From Candidatus Eiseniibacteriota bacterium (GTDB lineage: Bacteria; Eisenbacteria; RBG-16-71-46): a DNA stretch of 64,000 nucleotides. The stretch is from assembly GCA_963776245.1 (NCBI GenBank), contig CAVZLN010000008.1, forward strand, positions 160,001-224,000. The letters run 5' to 3'. Position numbers and translations under genes: made by a program. Positions 1 to 9,790 of this stretch are shown here, piece after piece (position 1 is the first letter of the stretch; each line of letters opens with the position of its first letter). The notes under the pieces are model-generated. The model did no database searches. It was not told where the DNA came from and saw only the letters and a list, made by a program, of their open reading frames with translations.

Positions 1-1781
1 CGTCCGCGTGCTTCTATGGCGACCCCGACGGGGAGTGGATGTCGCTCGGGCGCACGCCTCTCGTCGGCATCCCGTATCCGCGCGGACTCTCACGGCTGCG
101 GCTGGAACTGCCCGGCCATCGCCCGGTGAACGACCTGGTCCTGAATCTCACGCGGACCATGTCGAGCGCGATGGAGCGCGAGACGGGCACCTGGCGTTAC
201 ACGATGCGCCGGCCCGGCGAGATCCCCGACGAGATGGAAGAGGTGCCGGCCGGCAGCTACCCGATGTACATGCCCGGGCTGGACCACCTCCAACCCGAGC
301 CCACCACCGCGTTTCTGATGGACCGCCACCCGGTCACCAACCGCGAGTACAAGCGGTTCGTGGACGACGGCGGGTACGCCCGCGAGGAGTGGTGGCGCGA
401 GCCCGTGATCGAGGATGGGCACGCCCTGCCATGGGCCGCGGCCGTCGCTCGCTTCAGAGACGCGGTCGGCCACCCGGGCCCGGCCGGCTGGGAGATGGGC
501 GAGTACGCCGCCGGCGAGGATGACCACCCGGTCGTCGGCGTGAGTTGGTACGAAGCCGGGGCCTTTGCCGCCTGGGCAGGCAAGGCGCTGCCGACCGTGT
601 TCCATTGGAACCGGGCGGCGCTGACGTTCGTGTGTTCGCAGGTGGTGCCGCTCGCGAACCTGTCCGGCCGCGGGACGATGCCGGTCGGGCGGACGCGGAG
701 CGTGAACCGGTTCGGCGTGCACGACCTGGCGGGCAACGTGCGCGAGTGGGTGGTGAACCCGGTCGAACGCACCGGCGAGCGCTTCATCCTCGGCGGCGGG
801 TGGAACGATCCCGGGTACGCCTTCTCCGACGTCTACGCCCAGCCGGCCCTCGACCGCTCGCTCACGAACGGGTTCCGCTGCATCCGTCCGCTCGAGCCGG
901 AGCCGAATCTCGCGAACCTCAGCCGCCGCATCGACCTGCCATTCCGCGACTACCGGACCGAGACCCCGGTCGCGGACGAGGTGTATGCGTACTTCCTCCG
1001 CCTGTTCCACTACGACAAGGAGCCGCTGGGGGCGGTGATCGTCGCCGATCAGTCCAGTCCGGTGGGTCGCTGGCAGACCATCCAGTTCGCGGCCGCCTAC
1101 GGCGGCGAGCAGATGCAGGCGCACCTCTTCCTCCCCGCGCGGGGGCGGCCCCCGTACCAGACGGTCGTGATCTTCCCCGGTTCGCTGGCGCTGGACACGC
1201 GGACGTTCAACCTCGCCGAGGTCCGCCGCCTCGACTTCCTGGTCAGGAGCGGCCGCGCCGCATTGCTCCCCGTCTACAAGGCGACGTACGAGCGCGGGAG
1301 CGAGTTGAAGTCCGACACGCCCAAGGCGACGGCCGACTACCGCGATCACGTGGCCATGTGGGGCAAGGACCTCGCGCGGGCGATCGACTACATCGAGACG
1401 CGCCCGGATCTGGACGCGGGCCGCATCGCCTACTTCGGGACCAGCTGGGGCGGGGCGATGGGGGCGATCTTCCCGGCGATCGAGAAGCGCATCCAGGTCA
1501 ACGTGCTCTACGTGGCCGGTCTCTACTTCCAGCGCCCGCTGCCGGAGGCCGACCAGGTGAACTACCTCACGCGCGTGACCCAGCCCACGCTCATGCTCAA
1601 CGGCGAGCTGGACTTCTTCTTCCCCGCCGAGACCTCGCAACGGCCGATGTTCGAGATGCTCGGCACTCCACCGGAGCACAAGAAGCGGCTCACGTACCCG
1701 CGCGGCCACACCGTGCCCAAGGTCGAACTGATCAAGGAATCCCTGGCGTGGCTGGACCGGTACCTGGGTCCGGTGGAGTGA
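1..1781 (+). CDS. FGE-sulfatase (SUMF1/EgtB-like) domain fused to alpha/beta-hydrolase (dienelactone hydrolase-like); 5'-truncated by window edge
   Basis: Motifs 'PVTNREYKRFV', 'HPVVGVSWYEA', 'DLAGNVREW', 'GFRC', then nucleophile elbow 'GTSWGG' with Asp (GELD) and His (RGH). The frame is open upstream of ATG 39 to the window start. Confidence 0.85.
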   Translation, partial: SACFYGDPDGEWMSLGRTPLVGIPYPRGLSRLRLELPGHRPVNDLVLNLTRTMSSAMERETGTWRYTMRRPGEIPDEMEEVPAGSYPMYMPGLDHLQPEPTTAFLMDRHPVTNREYKRFVDDGGYAREEWWREPVIEDGHALPWAAAVARFRDAVGHPGPAGWEMGEYAAGEDDHPVVGVSWYEAGAFAAWAGKALPTVFHWNRAALTFVCSQVVPLANLSGRGTMPVGRTRSVNRFGVHDLAGNVREWVVNPVERTGERFILGGGWNDPGYAFSDVYAQPALDRSLTNGFRCIRPLEPEPNLANLSRRIDLPFRDYRTETPVADEVYAYFLRLFHYDKEPLGAVIVADQSSPVGRWQTIQFAAAYGGEQMQAHLFLPARGRPPYQTVVIFPGSLALDTRTFNLAEVRRLDFLVRSGRAALLPVYKATYERGSELKSDTPKATADYRDHVAMWGKDLARAIDYIETRPDLDAGRIAYFGTSWGGAMGAIFPAIEKRIQVNVLYVAGLYFQRPLPEADQVNYLTRVTQPTLMLNGELDFFFPAETSQRPMFEMLGTPPEHKKRLTYPRGHTVPKVELIKESLAWLDRYLGPVE

Positions 1782-1835
1782 CCGGGCGGAGGCGGGAGCG
1801 CGCGCAGCGCTCCCGCCCCACCCGAGCGTCGGCGC

Positions 1836-3263
1836 TCAAGCCCCGGGACGGATGTTCTGGTTCACCCGGAACAGGTTCTCGGGGTCGTACTTCGCCTTGA
1901 GCTTCGCCAGCCGGTCGTAGTTGACACCATAGGCGCCGGCGCGGACGCGCTGGGCCTCTTCCTCGGGCATGAAGTTCACATAGACGCCGCCGGTCGCGTG
2001 CGGCGTCAGCGCGTCGAACAGACCGCGAGCCCAGGCGATGCAGGCCTTGTCGTCGGCCGCGTTGCCCCACCGCGTGTGGATGTTCACCACGTAGTTGATG
2101 TCACGATGCGGGTACGCCGTCGCCCCGGCAGGCACCCGGTTGATGGCGCCTCCGAGCTGCGCGAACGCGATCTCGCATTCGGGAGAAGGGAGTTTGCGCG
2201 CGTGCTCGAGCAGCACGTCGATGGCCCCGTCGGTGAGGCTCTTGAAGCTGTGCGACTTCCAGTAGTTCCGCATGCCCGGCGCGAGGAGCGGATCGAGGAT
2301 CGCCTGCCACGCCAGGAACGGGTGGGGCGCGGTCACGTCGGCGATCGGCTTGCCGAGGGCGCGCAGCGGCGCCATCGCCTGCTGTCCCTTCGTCACGTCG
2401 CCGGAGTAGCAGGCCGCGAAGACGAGGACCTCCTTCCCGTGCCATTCGGGAGGCAGGAAAGGCAGCGGCGGGGCCTTGCGAAGCACGAACCACACCGCCA
2501 GCTCGTCCGGCGCCTCGGCGGTGATGCGGCGATACTCCTGGAGCAGCTCCCTGGCCTGCGCGAGCGGGTGGATGATGAGGCCCGAGAGCACCTCGGGACC
2601 GATGCGATGCAGCTTGAACTCGAATGACGTGACCACGCCGAAGTTGCCACCGCCGCCGCGGATCGCCCAGAACAGATCGGGGTCGCTCTCCCTGCTGGCC
2701 CGGACCAGCCGGCCATCGGCGGTCACCACGTCGGCCGAGATCAAGTTGTCGATCGACAGACCGAACGCGCGACTGATCCAACCGAAGCCGGCCCCCAGCG
2801 TGAGGCCGGCGACCCCGGTGGTCGAGTTGATGCCGACCGGCGTCGCGAGCCCGAAGGCCTGCGTCTCGCGGTCGAGCTCCCCGAGCGTGACGCCGGGCTC
2901 GACGCGCGCCGTCCGGCTCGCCGGATCCACCCACACCGACTTCATCGGGGTCAGGTCGAGCATCAGTCCGTCGTCGCACACCGCGCTGCCGGCGATGTTG
3001 TGCCCTCCGCCGCGGACCGAGAGCCGCAGGCCATGCTGCCGCGCGAATCCGACCGCGTGGATCACGTCGTTGACCCCCGCGGCGCGCACGACGATCGCGG
3101 GGCGGCGATCGATCATCGCGTTCCAGACGGTCCGGGCCTGCTCGAAGCCGGGCTCACCTGGCCAGCACAGGCTGCCGCGGAGCTGGGCGCGCAGGGCGTC
3201 CAGCGTCTCGGAGGGGAGGGTCCGCGTGGCGCCATCGCCGGTCCTGAATGTGACGGGGGGCAT
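1836..3263 (-). CDS. FAD-binding oxidoreductase (VAO/berberine bridge enzyme family)
   Basis: 'VRGGGHN' FAD-binding motif, 'DLFWAIRGGGGNFGVVT', C-terminal 'YVNF...KAKYDPENLF' BBE motif; RBS AAAGGA before ATG 3263. Confidence 0.93.
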   Translation of the reverse strand: MPPVTFRTGDGATRTLPSETLDALRAQLRGSLCWPGEPGFEQARTVWNAMIDRRPAIVVRAAGVNDVIHAVGFARQHGLRLSVRGGGHNIAGSAVCDDGLMLDLTPMKSVWVDPASRTARVEPGVTLGELDRETQAFGLATPVGINSTTGVAGLTLGAGFGWISRAFGLSIDNLISADVVTADGRLVRASRESDPDLFWAIRGGGGNFGVVTSFEFKLHRIGPEVLSGLIIHPLAQARELLQEYRRITAEAPDELAVWFVLRKAPPLPFLPPEWHGKEVLVFAACYSGDVTKGQQAMAPLRALGKPIADVTAPHPFLAWQAILDPLLAPGMRNYWKSHSFKSLTDGAIDVLLEHARKLPSPECEIAFAQLGGAINRVPAGATAYPHRDINYVVNIHTRWGNAADDKACIAWARGLFDALTPHATGGVYVNFMPEEEAQRVRAGAYGVNYDRLAKLKAKYDPENLFRVNQNIRPGA

Positions 3264-3572
3264 CGCATGGTTCCTTTCAGTCGGCCCGTGGGGTGGGGAC
3301 GGAACTGCGGCCACGCCGCGATGATAGTCGAGTGAGCGGACGGACGGGTGACTCATTTCCGTGCCCGGCATGCCGTGGGACTGGATCGACCCGCCCCGGC
3401 TCCGCTCGACGACGCGCGGCCGACTCCTTTCGGGTGCAGAAGGCTCGCGCGTGAGACTCACGATGACGCGGTCGACCCATGGATTCGGACTTCTCGAATG
3501 GCACGGCCCCGGTTCCGATCGCCCGGCGCGGCGAGTCCCGGGCTCAGCGCCAGCCGCCCCGCCGGGCCTCGC

Positions 3573-5171
3573 TCATGGATTCCGCACGAGCACCGCATAG
3601 CCGTCGCCCTGCAGGCCGACCTGGTAGTGCGCGACGAGGTAGCGCACCAGTTCGGGGAAACGGGTCGTCGTGTCCTCGCCCTGCACCCAGGGCTTCTGGG
3701 TCTCGATGACGATAACGAACCTCGGCGCCGCGCGCCCGAGGCTGGCCATGAACCGCCGCCGCAGCCCCTGCACGTAGGGCGTCGAGACGTGATGGTAGAA
3801 GTGGAAGTCGTACACGAACGGGGTCGCGAGACGCGCGCGCGCGATCAGCATGGCGTGCACGGCGCCACCGGTCCAGTCGAGCGGTTGCACCGTGTCTCCC
3901 GGACGCAGGTTCTCCCTCAGGTACGCCGCGATCGAATCGATGCGCGACCGCAGCGGCGTGTCCACCGTGCCGCCCGCGAGTTGGACCTCCAGCGCCGCGG
4001 GGGGCCGCACCCACAGCGCGATCGCGACCACGGCGAACAGCGGCAGTCCCTCGCGCAGCGCGCGTGGAAGTGTCTTCACCCCCGCCGACCACGCGAGCGT
4101 CACGGCGAATGCCATGACCAGCAGGAACGGATACCAGTGGTAGGGCCAGAACTGCCCGCCCAGCGCCGGAGCGAGCGTGTGCGCGACCAGAAGTCCGGCG
4201 AGCAGCGCGACGTACCCGCGTTCGACCGAGCCGCGCGCGTGGGCGGCGAACGCCAGCGCGAGGCCCGCGGCCGCGGGGAGCCACCAGGCCCGGTACCCTC
4301 CCATCGCCCACAGCCCGGCCCACAGGTAGGCGGGCCGCTTCGCGTCCGAGAGGGTCTCGTGCAATGCACCGAGCCGGGCGTAGAGCGGCAGATAGCCGGT
4401 GTAGATGTCGAGGAACGCCGTCCACGCGCCCGTCACCAGCAGGTAGGCGGCGGTCGCCAGCAGCGGCAGCACGAAGCCGAGCGCGCCGGCGCCCAGCGCC
4501 CGCGCGCCCGCCATCCTGGAGCGCTTCTCTCCTGGCTCGGACCGCCGGTCCAGCCAGAACAGATAGGCGAGGACCGGGACGAGATCGATCGCCATCGCGG
4601 GCTTGATCGCCGCCGCGATCCCCAGCAGGTTGCCGGCCAACAGGGAGCGGCGCCACACCGGCGAGCCGCCGCCGGGAGCGAGCACCGCGAGCGCCCCCGC
4701 GAGCGGCACCGCCATCATGGACTCGCGCTGCAAACCATGCAGCGCGGCCTCGTGCAGGTAGAGCGCCGCGTAGAGCAGCGGCGCACCGAACCCGACGCGG
4801 CCCCCGAAGCGCCGCGCCGCCCACGCCAGCGAGCCCAGCGTGGCCGCCAACAGGCCCAGGTCCACGAGTCGCACGCCGACATCCGCGAAGCCCGTCAGAC
4901 TGCCGATCAGCGCGAACGCGAGGTCCGTGAGCGGGAGGTTCATCTCGAACAGGTCGCGGAACGGCACCGCCCCGTAGCGCTCGATCATGAAGCCGACGTA
5001 GAGCAGGATCGGTGAGTCGTGATACACGCGCCAGCCCAGCGAACTCACCGCGACCCCGACCACCAGGACCGCCAGCGCCACGATCGCGAAGTCGATGGGG
5101 GCCCGAGACAGCCGGAAGCCATCATGCGCCCGGGTCACTGCGCGCGCGGTTCGTGGTTTGCGCTCGGCCAT
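3573..5171 (-). CDS. multi-pass membrane protein, GT-C (ArnT/PMT-like) glycosyltransferase-like
   Basis: About 10-12 TM segments, 'HD..LY.G..I..G.VPFRDLFEMNLP' first-loop motif typical of GT-C-like proteins, and a soluble C-terminal domain. Start uncertain (5171 or 5249). Confidence 0.6.
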   Translation of the reverse strand: MAERKPRTARAVTRAHDGFRLSRAPIDFAIVALAVLVVGVAVSSLGWRVYHDSPILLYVGFMIERYGAVPFRDLFEMNLPLTDLAFALIGSLTGFADVGVRLVDLGLLAATLGSLAWAARRFGGRVGFGAPLLYAALYLHEAALHGLQRESMMAVPLAGALAVLAPGGGSPVWRRSLLAGNLLGIAAAIKPAMAIDLVPVLAYLFWLDRRSEPGEKRSRMAGARALGAGALGFVLPLLATAAYLLVTGAWTAFLDIYTGYLPLYARLGALHETLSDAKRPAYLWAGLWAMGGYRAWWLPAAAGLALAFAAHARGSVERGYVALLAGLLVAHTLAPALGGQFWPYHWYPFLLVMAFAVTLAWSAGVKTLPRALREGLPLFAVVAIALWVRPPAALEVQLAGGTVDTPLRSRIDSIAAYLRENLRPGDTVQPLDWTGGAVHAMLIARARLATPFVYDFHFYHHVSTPYVQGLRRRFMASLGRAAPRFVIVIETQKPWVQGEDTTTRFPELVRYLVAHYQVGLQGDGYAVLVRNP

Positions 5172-5486
5172 GTCGTCCTGAGAACTCCGTCGGAGAGCAG
5201 GATCCCACGACGGCGCCGGATCGCCCCGCTCACCGTCGAACGACGACACGCCAGCCGAGGCTCATCTCCCGCGGAAGGGGGCGAGGTCGCGGATCACCCG
5301 ACACCACGATGTCCGACAGGCCGGGGCCCGCCGGACGTGGCGCTGTTCCACTTCCTCTGCCCGTTTACCCTACCACGTCCGGCGTCTCCCCGATCCGCAT
5401 GACGATCGGGACCCCGAGGCGGGCGCGCGCTCGAGATCCCGGGGCTGTCCTGTCCGGGTCCTCGCGCGGTCGCGCCCGTGCTCGTC

Positions 5487-5786
5487 TCAGCGCGCGGCCA
5501 TGTAGGCGCCGACCCCCTTCTTCATGTCTTCCGCGTTCATTGCCGGGCACCAGGTGACCTTCGCGCCGAGCTCGATGAAGAACGGTTCCGCCGCGGCGGG
5601 CATCTGCGTCACGTCCTTCAGGTCGAAGTAGAAGTGCGCGCAGCGGTCGCCATTGGACGTGATGAAGTACCCGGCCTCGGGCCGGAACGTCTCGATGAAC
5701 TTGCCCATCACCTGGGGAAGCGCCCCACTCTGGATCGCACCGTTGCCACTCGCGTTGGGAAGCTGGACGGACATGAACATGCGCAT
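5487..5786 (-). CDS. small conserved hypothetical protein (DUF3303-like)
   Basis: 99-aa ORF with good codon bias and 'PEAGYF...G.R...F.FDL.D..QMP..AEP.F...GA.V...PAM..ED' pattern; RBS GAGGAG upstream. Confidence 0.7.
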   Translation of the reverse strand: MRMFMSVQLPNASGNGAIQSGALPQVMGKFIETFRPEAGYFITSNGDRCAHFYFDLKDVTQMPAAAEPFFIELGAKVTWCPAMNAEDMKKGVGAYMAAR

Positions 5787-6100
5787 CGAGATCGAACTCC
5801 TCGCGGAAGACCGCGCCTGGGGACGACGGGTGGGCCAGCGCTCCGGGCTCTCCGGACCAACGCCGAAGGGTCGGCTCGCAGCTCGCGCCGACCCGTGCGC
5901 CGTTGGATGCAGCCGGCCTGCAATCGGACGAACGAAACCCGCGGCGCCCCCCGGGGCCGTCCGACGCCGCGCTTCAGGCGGCTGGACCGTCGGGAAGACC
6001 GCGCCCTGGCTCGGTGCGGATCCAGCGATCGGCGGTCACCGTCGAGTCGAGCCACCGGGTCGAGGTCGTCAGCCCCTCGCGCGTGAGGTAGTTTCCCCGC

Positions 6101-8182
6101 ATGCGCTTCGCGGGGGCCATCCGTCCGGTTCGCCCTGAGTCGCTCGCGCCCCTGGTCGCGGTGGCCAGTGGCTCGATCGCCTTCGCCGCCTATGCCTCGA
6201 CCGCGGCGCGCACGATCACATGGTGGGACGGAAGCAGCTACCCGCTCGCGGCGTGCACCCTGGGCATCAACTCAGCGCCGGGATCCCTGCTGCTCATGTT
6301 GATCGGCTGGGTGACGACCCGCGTGCCCCTCGTGCATCCGGTCGCTTTCCAGTTGAATCTGCTCGCCGCGCTCTGCGCCTCAGCGATGGTGGGGGTCGTG
6401 ACGTGGCTCTCGATCCATCTTGCGACCCCGGAGGACCGGGCACCCCGGCCGCGGGACATCGCCGCGGGCGCGGCGGCCGGACTCACGCTGGCCTTCACCG
6501 TCACGGTGTGGGGCTACGCCACTCAGTTCACCCCCTACGTCCTCACCGCGCTCTTCACGAGTCTCATCCTCTCGACGGCGCTGGCGTGGTGGCGCCGGGC
6601 ACGAGGATCGCACGCGCCGGCACGGCTCTTCATCCTCTTCCTGCTCTTCGGCCTCGACTTCAGCGTCCATCGCACCAACCTCCTTCTCCTGCCGGCCGCG
6701 CTGCTCTGGATCTCCCTGCGCCGCCCGCGGGCGTGGCGGAGCGCCGCCGTGTGGAGCGCGGGACTCGGCGGGCTCGCGTTGGGGCTCGCATTCCACCTGG
6801 TGCTCATCCCCATCGCCCGCCGCGATCCGCCGTTCAATATGTCCGACCCGCGCGACCTGTCGCGCTGGTGGTCCTACGTGACGCTCGAGCAGCAGGGCGG
6901 AGGGTTCCTCATCCGGCTCTGGCCCCGCGCGGCGGATCCCGTCCGGGTACAACTCGGGGACTACCTGAGCTTCCTTCGCTCCAACCTGTGGCCGGTGGGG
7001 AGTCCCGTGACGGGTGTGCTCCCGGCGCTCCTCGCCGTGGTGGGCGCGTTCGCGGCGGTCCGCGCCGCCCCGCGGCGCGGCCTGGGCCTGCTGGGGTTCT
7101 TCCTGTGCGCGAGCCTCGGCGCGGTGCTCTATTTCAACCTGCCGGCGAACTACTTCCGCACCATGGGCCGGCACTATCTGCCGTCCCTGGTCGTGCTCGC
7201 GCCCTTCGTCGGCGCGGGAGCAGGTGCCTGGATCGGCCTCGCCGCGTTCGCGCGTGGCCGGGTCCGCGGCGCGCTCGCCCTCGGCCTTGGCGCGCTGCTC
7301 GCGCTCGCCCCGATCGCGGGCTGGTCCGCGAACCGACGGGGCTGCGACCTCTCGGACGTGCGTTTCGCGGAGTCGATCTCACGCGACGTGCTCGCCTCGC
7401 TCCCGCCCCGAGCATTCCTGCTGACCAATGGCGACAACGACACGTTCCCACTCTGGTATCTCCAGCAGGTCGAACACGTGCGCCAGGACGTCACGGTCAT
7501 CAACCTGCCGTGCGCCAACACCGGCTGGTACCTGGCTCAACTGCGCCGGCGCGATCCGGACCTCGCGCACCTGCTCGAACGCGAGCAGGGTCTCGACGTC
7601 CTGGGCGTCGTGAACGTGGCGGATTCGACCGTGACCGCGGCCGTGGAGCCCGGGGCCGCGACCGGGCTGCCCTCGGGGGCGGCCGCCCCCGAGTCGGTCG
7701 TGTTCCGTCCCTCCGGAGTGCTCTACGGAGAGGATCGGGTGCTGCTCGACCTCCTGCGCCGGAACCGATGGCGCCGACCCGTGCATCTCGCCGCGACGGT
7801 GACGCGCGATCGCACCGCATGGCTCTGGCCCTATACGCGGCTGGCGGGCCTCACCTACGGCGTGGTCCCCTCGGCCGACCCCGCGGTCTGGGACATCGAG
7901 GCCCCCCGCCACGCGCTGCTCGAGGTGTGCCGCTATGAGGACGTCGCGGACACGACGGTCGCGATGGACGCGACCTCCCGTGGGCTGTGCCGCAACTACC
8001 TGGCCGCGTTGGTCCAGCTCGCCAGCTCCCGGCTCGCGCGCGATGACGCCGCGGGCTGCCTCGCGACGCTCGAGTTCCTCGAGGCGCACGTGCCGCCGCG
8101 ACGGCTCGCGACGGAGGGCGATCCCCTCGGGCAACTGCGCGCGCAGGCGCGGGAACGGATGCGGGCCTCCTCACGCCGGTGA
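6101..8182 (+). CDS. DUF2723 / TMEM260-like membrane protein (putative protein O-mannosyltransferase, GT-C)
   Basis: N-terminal 'TITWWDG....A..LGI..APG', many TMs and diagnostic 'TNGDNDTFPLWYLQ.VE.VR.DV.VIN'. Confidence 0.85.
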   Translation: MRFAGAIRPVRPESLAPLVAVASGSIAFAAYASTAARTITWWDGSSYPLAACTLGINSAPGSLLLMLIGWVTTRVPLVHPVAFQLNLLAALCASAMVGVVTWLSIHLATPEDRAPRPRDIAAGAAAGLTLAFTVTVWGYATQFTPYVLTALFTSLILSTALAWWRRARGSHAPARLFILFLLFGLDFSVHRTNLLLLPAALLWISLRRPRAWRSAAVWSAGLGGLALGLAFHLVLIPIARRDPPFNMSDPRDLSRWWSYVTLEQQGGGFLIRLWPRAADPVRVQLGDYLSFLRSNLWPVGSPVTGVLPALLAVVGAFAAVRAAPRRGLGLLGFFLCASLGAVLYFNLPANYFRTMGRHYLPSLVVLAPFVGAGAGAWIGLAAFARGRVRGALALGLGALLALAPIAGWSANRRGCDLSDVRFAESISRDVLASLPPRAFLLTNGDNDTFPLWYLQQVEHVRQDVTVINLPCANTGWYLAQLRRRDPDLAHLLEREQGLDVLGVVNVADSTVTAAVEPGAATGLPSGAAAPESVVFRPSGVLYGEDRVLLDLLRRNRWRRPVHLAATVTRDRTAWLWPYTRLAGLTYGVVPSADPAVWDIEAPRHALLEVCRYEDVADTTVAMDATSRGLCRNYLAALVQLASSRLARDDAAGCLATLEFLEAHVPPRRLATEGDPLGQLRAQARERMRASSRR

Positions 8183-8302
8183 CGTCGAAGTTCGGGATTG
8201 ACGAGAGCGGGGACTCTCCCGACCATGGGGATGTGGGGAGGGTGGGAGAATCGACGAGCACCGAGGAGACCTGGCCGGCCTGACCTCCCGCGAGGATCAC
8301 GA

Positions 8303-9790
8303 ATGGACGGTTCGCGCGCCGGACGATCGAGCTTCGGCCGTGCCGGCCTGTGGCTGGCGACGGCATGCGGCCTGCTGCTGTCCGGCATGCCGGGCGCCGC
8401 TGCGCTCCCCGCCCGCCTCTTCCCCCCGTTGGCGAACGCATGGGAGGACCCGCTCGCTCCGATGGTGCGCCGCATCGACCACTACCTCCAGGAATGCCAG
8501 GTGGACGGCGTCACCATGGACTGGCGCTACTCGGTGATCCCCTCCGAGGAGATCCGCCAGACGGTGGTGTGCCAGCTGCTCGCCTACGTCGAGCTGTCCC
8601 GCCTGGACCCGCGCACGCGATTGCGCGTCGAGATCGTCCGGCATGCGGACTTCCTGCTCGGTCGCCTCCAGGAGATCCGCTCGTTCACGCCATTCGACGG
8701 CATGCTCGCCTACAGCCTGCTCGGCGCCTACGAGATCACGCACGAGCAGCGCTTCCTCGATGCCGGATCGTCGATGATGAACGACCTGCTCGCCATCCCG
8801 ACCTCGCAATGCGTGCTCAATGGCGGGCTCATGGTGGCCATGGCCACGGCGGAATACGGGCGGCTCACGGGCTCCGCGCAGGCGGAACAGAAGACCCACG
8901 ACATCCTGGCGCAGTTGGTGCCGTACCAGAACGCGGATGGGAGTTTCCCGCACTGGTGCCCGGGGTCGCGTGACATCCACTACACGGGCTGGATGGCGAT
9001 GGAGCTGATCCACATCAGCCACCTCATGGACGATCCGCACATCGAGCCGTTCCTCTCCACCATGTCGACGTTCCTCGAAGGTCGGATCGCCCCCGACGGC
9101 CGGGCGAAGTACGAGGAACCGTGTCCGGACTATCCGGGCTGCATGCTCTACTACTACAGCCGCGCCACCGGCTGTGGCTACGATCTCGACAGCCGCGGCT
9201 GGACGGTGGAGCCGGCCTACTGCGGCCTGTTGTTCGATCGCCAGGGCTCGCCGCAGTACCAGCCGGTGATGACGTTTCTGGACTCCCTCGAGGACGGGGG
9301 CACCATCGCGGACCTCTACGGTTACTGGCCGCCGCCCAGCGACCCCGAGTACCCATGGACGATCGCGGACACGTCGGTCGTCTGCATGAGCATCAACCTG
9401 TGGGTGCTCAGTACGGCGATCGCGGATCGCGTCGGACGGGGGGTGCCCGTGGACCTGGTGCTCGACGACGTCATCGACACCTCCGTCACACCACCGGAAC
9501 CACCCCTGGTCTACAACGCGAGACCGCTCTCCGTGGAGCCCAACCCGGCGCCCGGCGGGTGCGTCCTGCGCTTCTCGCTGGCCACCCCGAGGCGTGGCTC
9601 GCTGGCCGTGTTCGACGCGAGCGGGCGCAAGGTGCGCACGCTCGAGTCCGGCGGCTTCGCGCGTGGCGCCTATTCCCCGCGCTGGGATGGACGCGATGAC
9701 GCGGGCCGCTCGGTGCCCGAGGGCATCTACTTCGCGAGCCTGCGCCTCGACCACAGCGTCCAGACGCGGCCGTTCGCGCTCCTGCGATGA
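8303..9790 (+). CDS. secreted protein with helical (alpha/alpha-barrel-like) core and C-terminal FlgD-Ig/T9SS-like domain
   Basis: Signal-like N-terminus, 'QNADGSF' prenyltransferase-like repeat motif, tail 'PNP....VFDASGRKVRTL....WDGRDDAGRSVPEGIYF'. Start uncertain. Confidence 0.7.
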   Translation: MDGSRAGRSSFGRAGLWLATACGLLLSGMPGAAALPARLFPPLANAWEDPLAPMVRRIDHYLQECQVDGVTMDWRYSVIPSEEIRQTVVCQLLAYVELSRLDPRTRLRVEIVRHADFLLGRLQEIRSFTPFDGMLAYSLLGAYEITHEQRFLDAGSSMMNDLLAIPTSQCVLNGGLMVAMATAEYGRLTGSAQAEQKTHDILAQLVPYQNADGSFPHWCPGSRDIHYTGWMAMELIHISHLMDDPHIEPFLSTMSTFLEGRIAPDGRAKYEEPCPDYPGCMLYYYSRATGCGYDLDSRGWTVEPAYCGLLFDRQGSPQYQPVMTFLDSLEDGGTIADLYGYWPPPSDPEYPWTIADTSVVCMSINLWVLSTAIADRVGRGVPVDLVLDDVIDTSVTPPEPPLVYNARPLSVEPNPAPGGCVLRFSLATPRRGSLAVFDASGRKVRTLESGGFARGAYSPRWDGRDDAGRSVPEGIYFASLRLDHSVQTRPFALLR

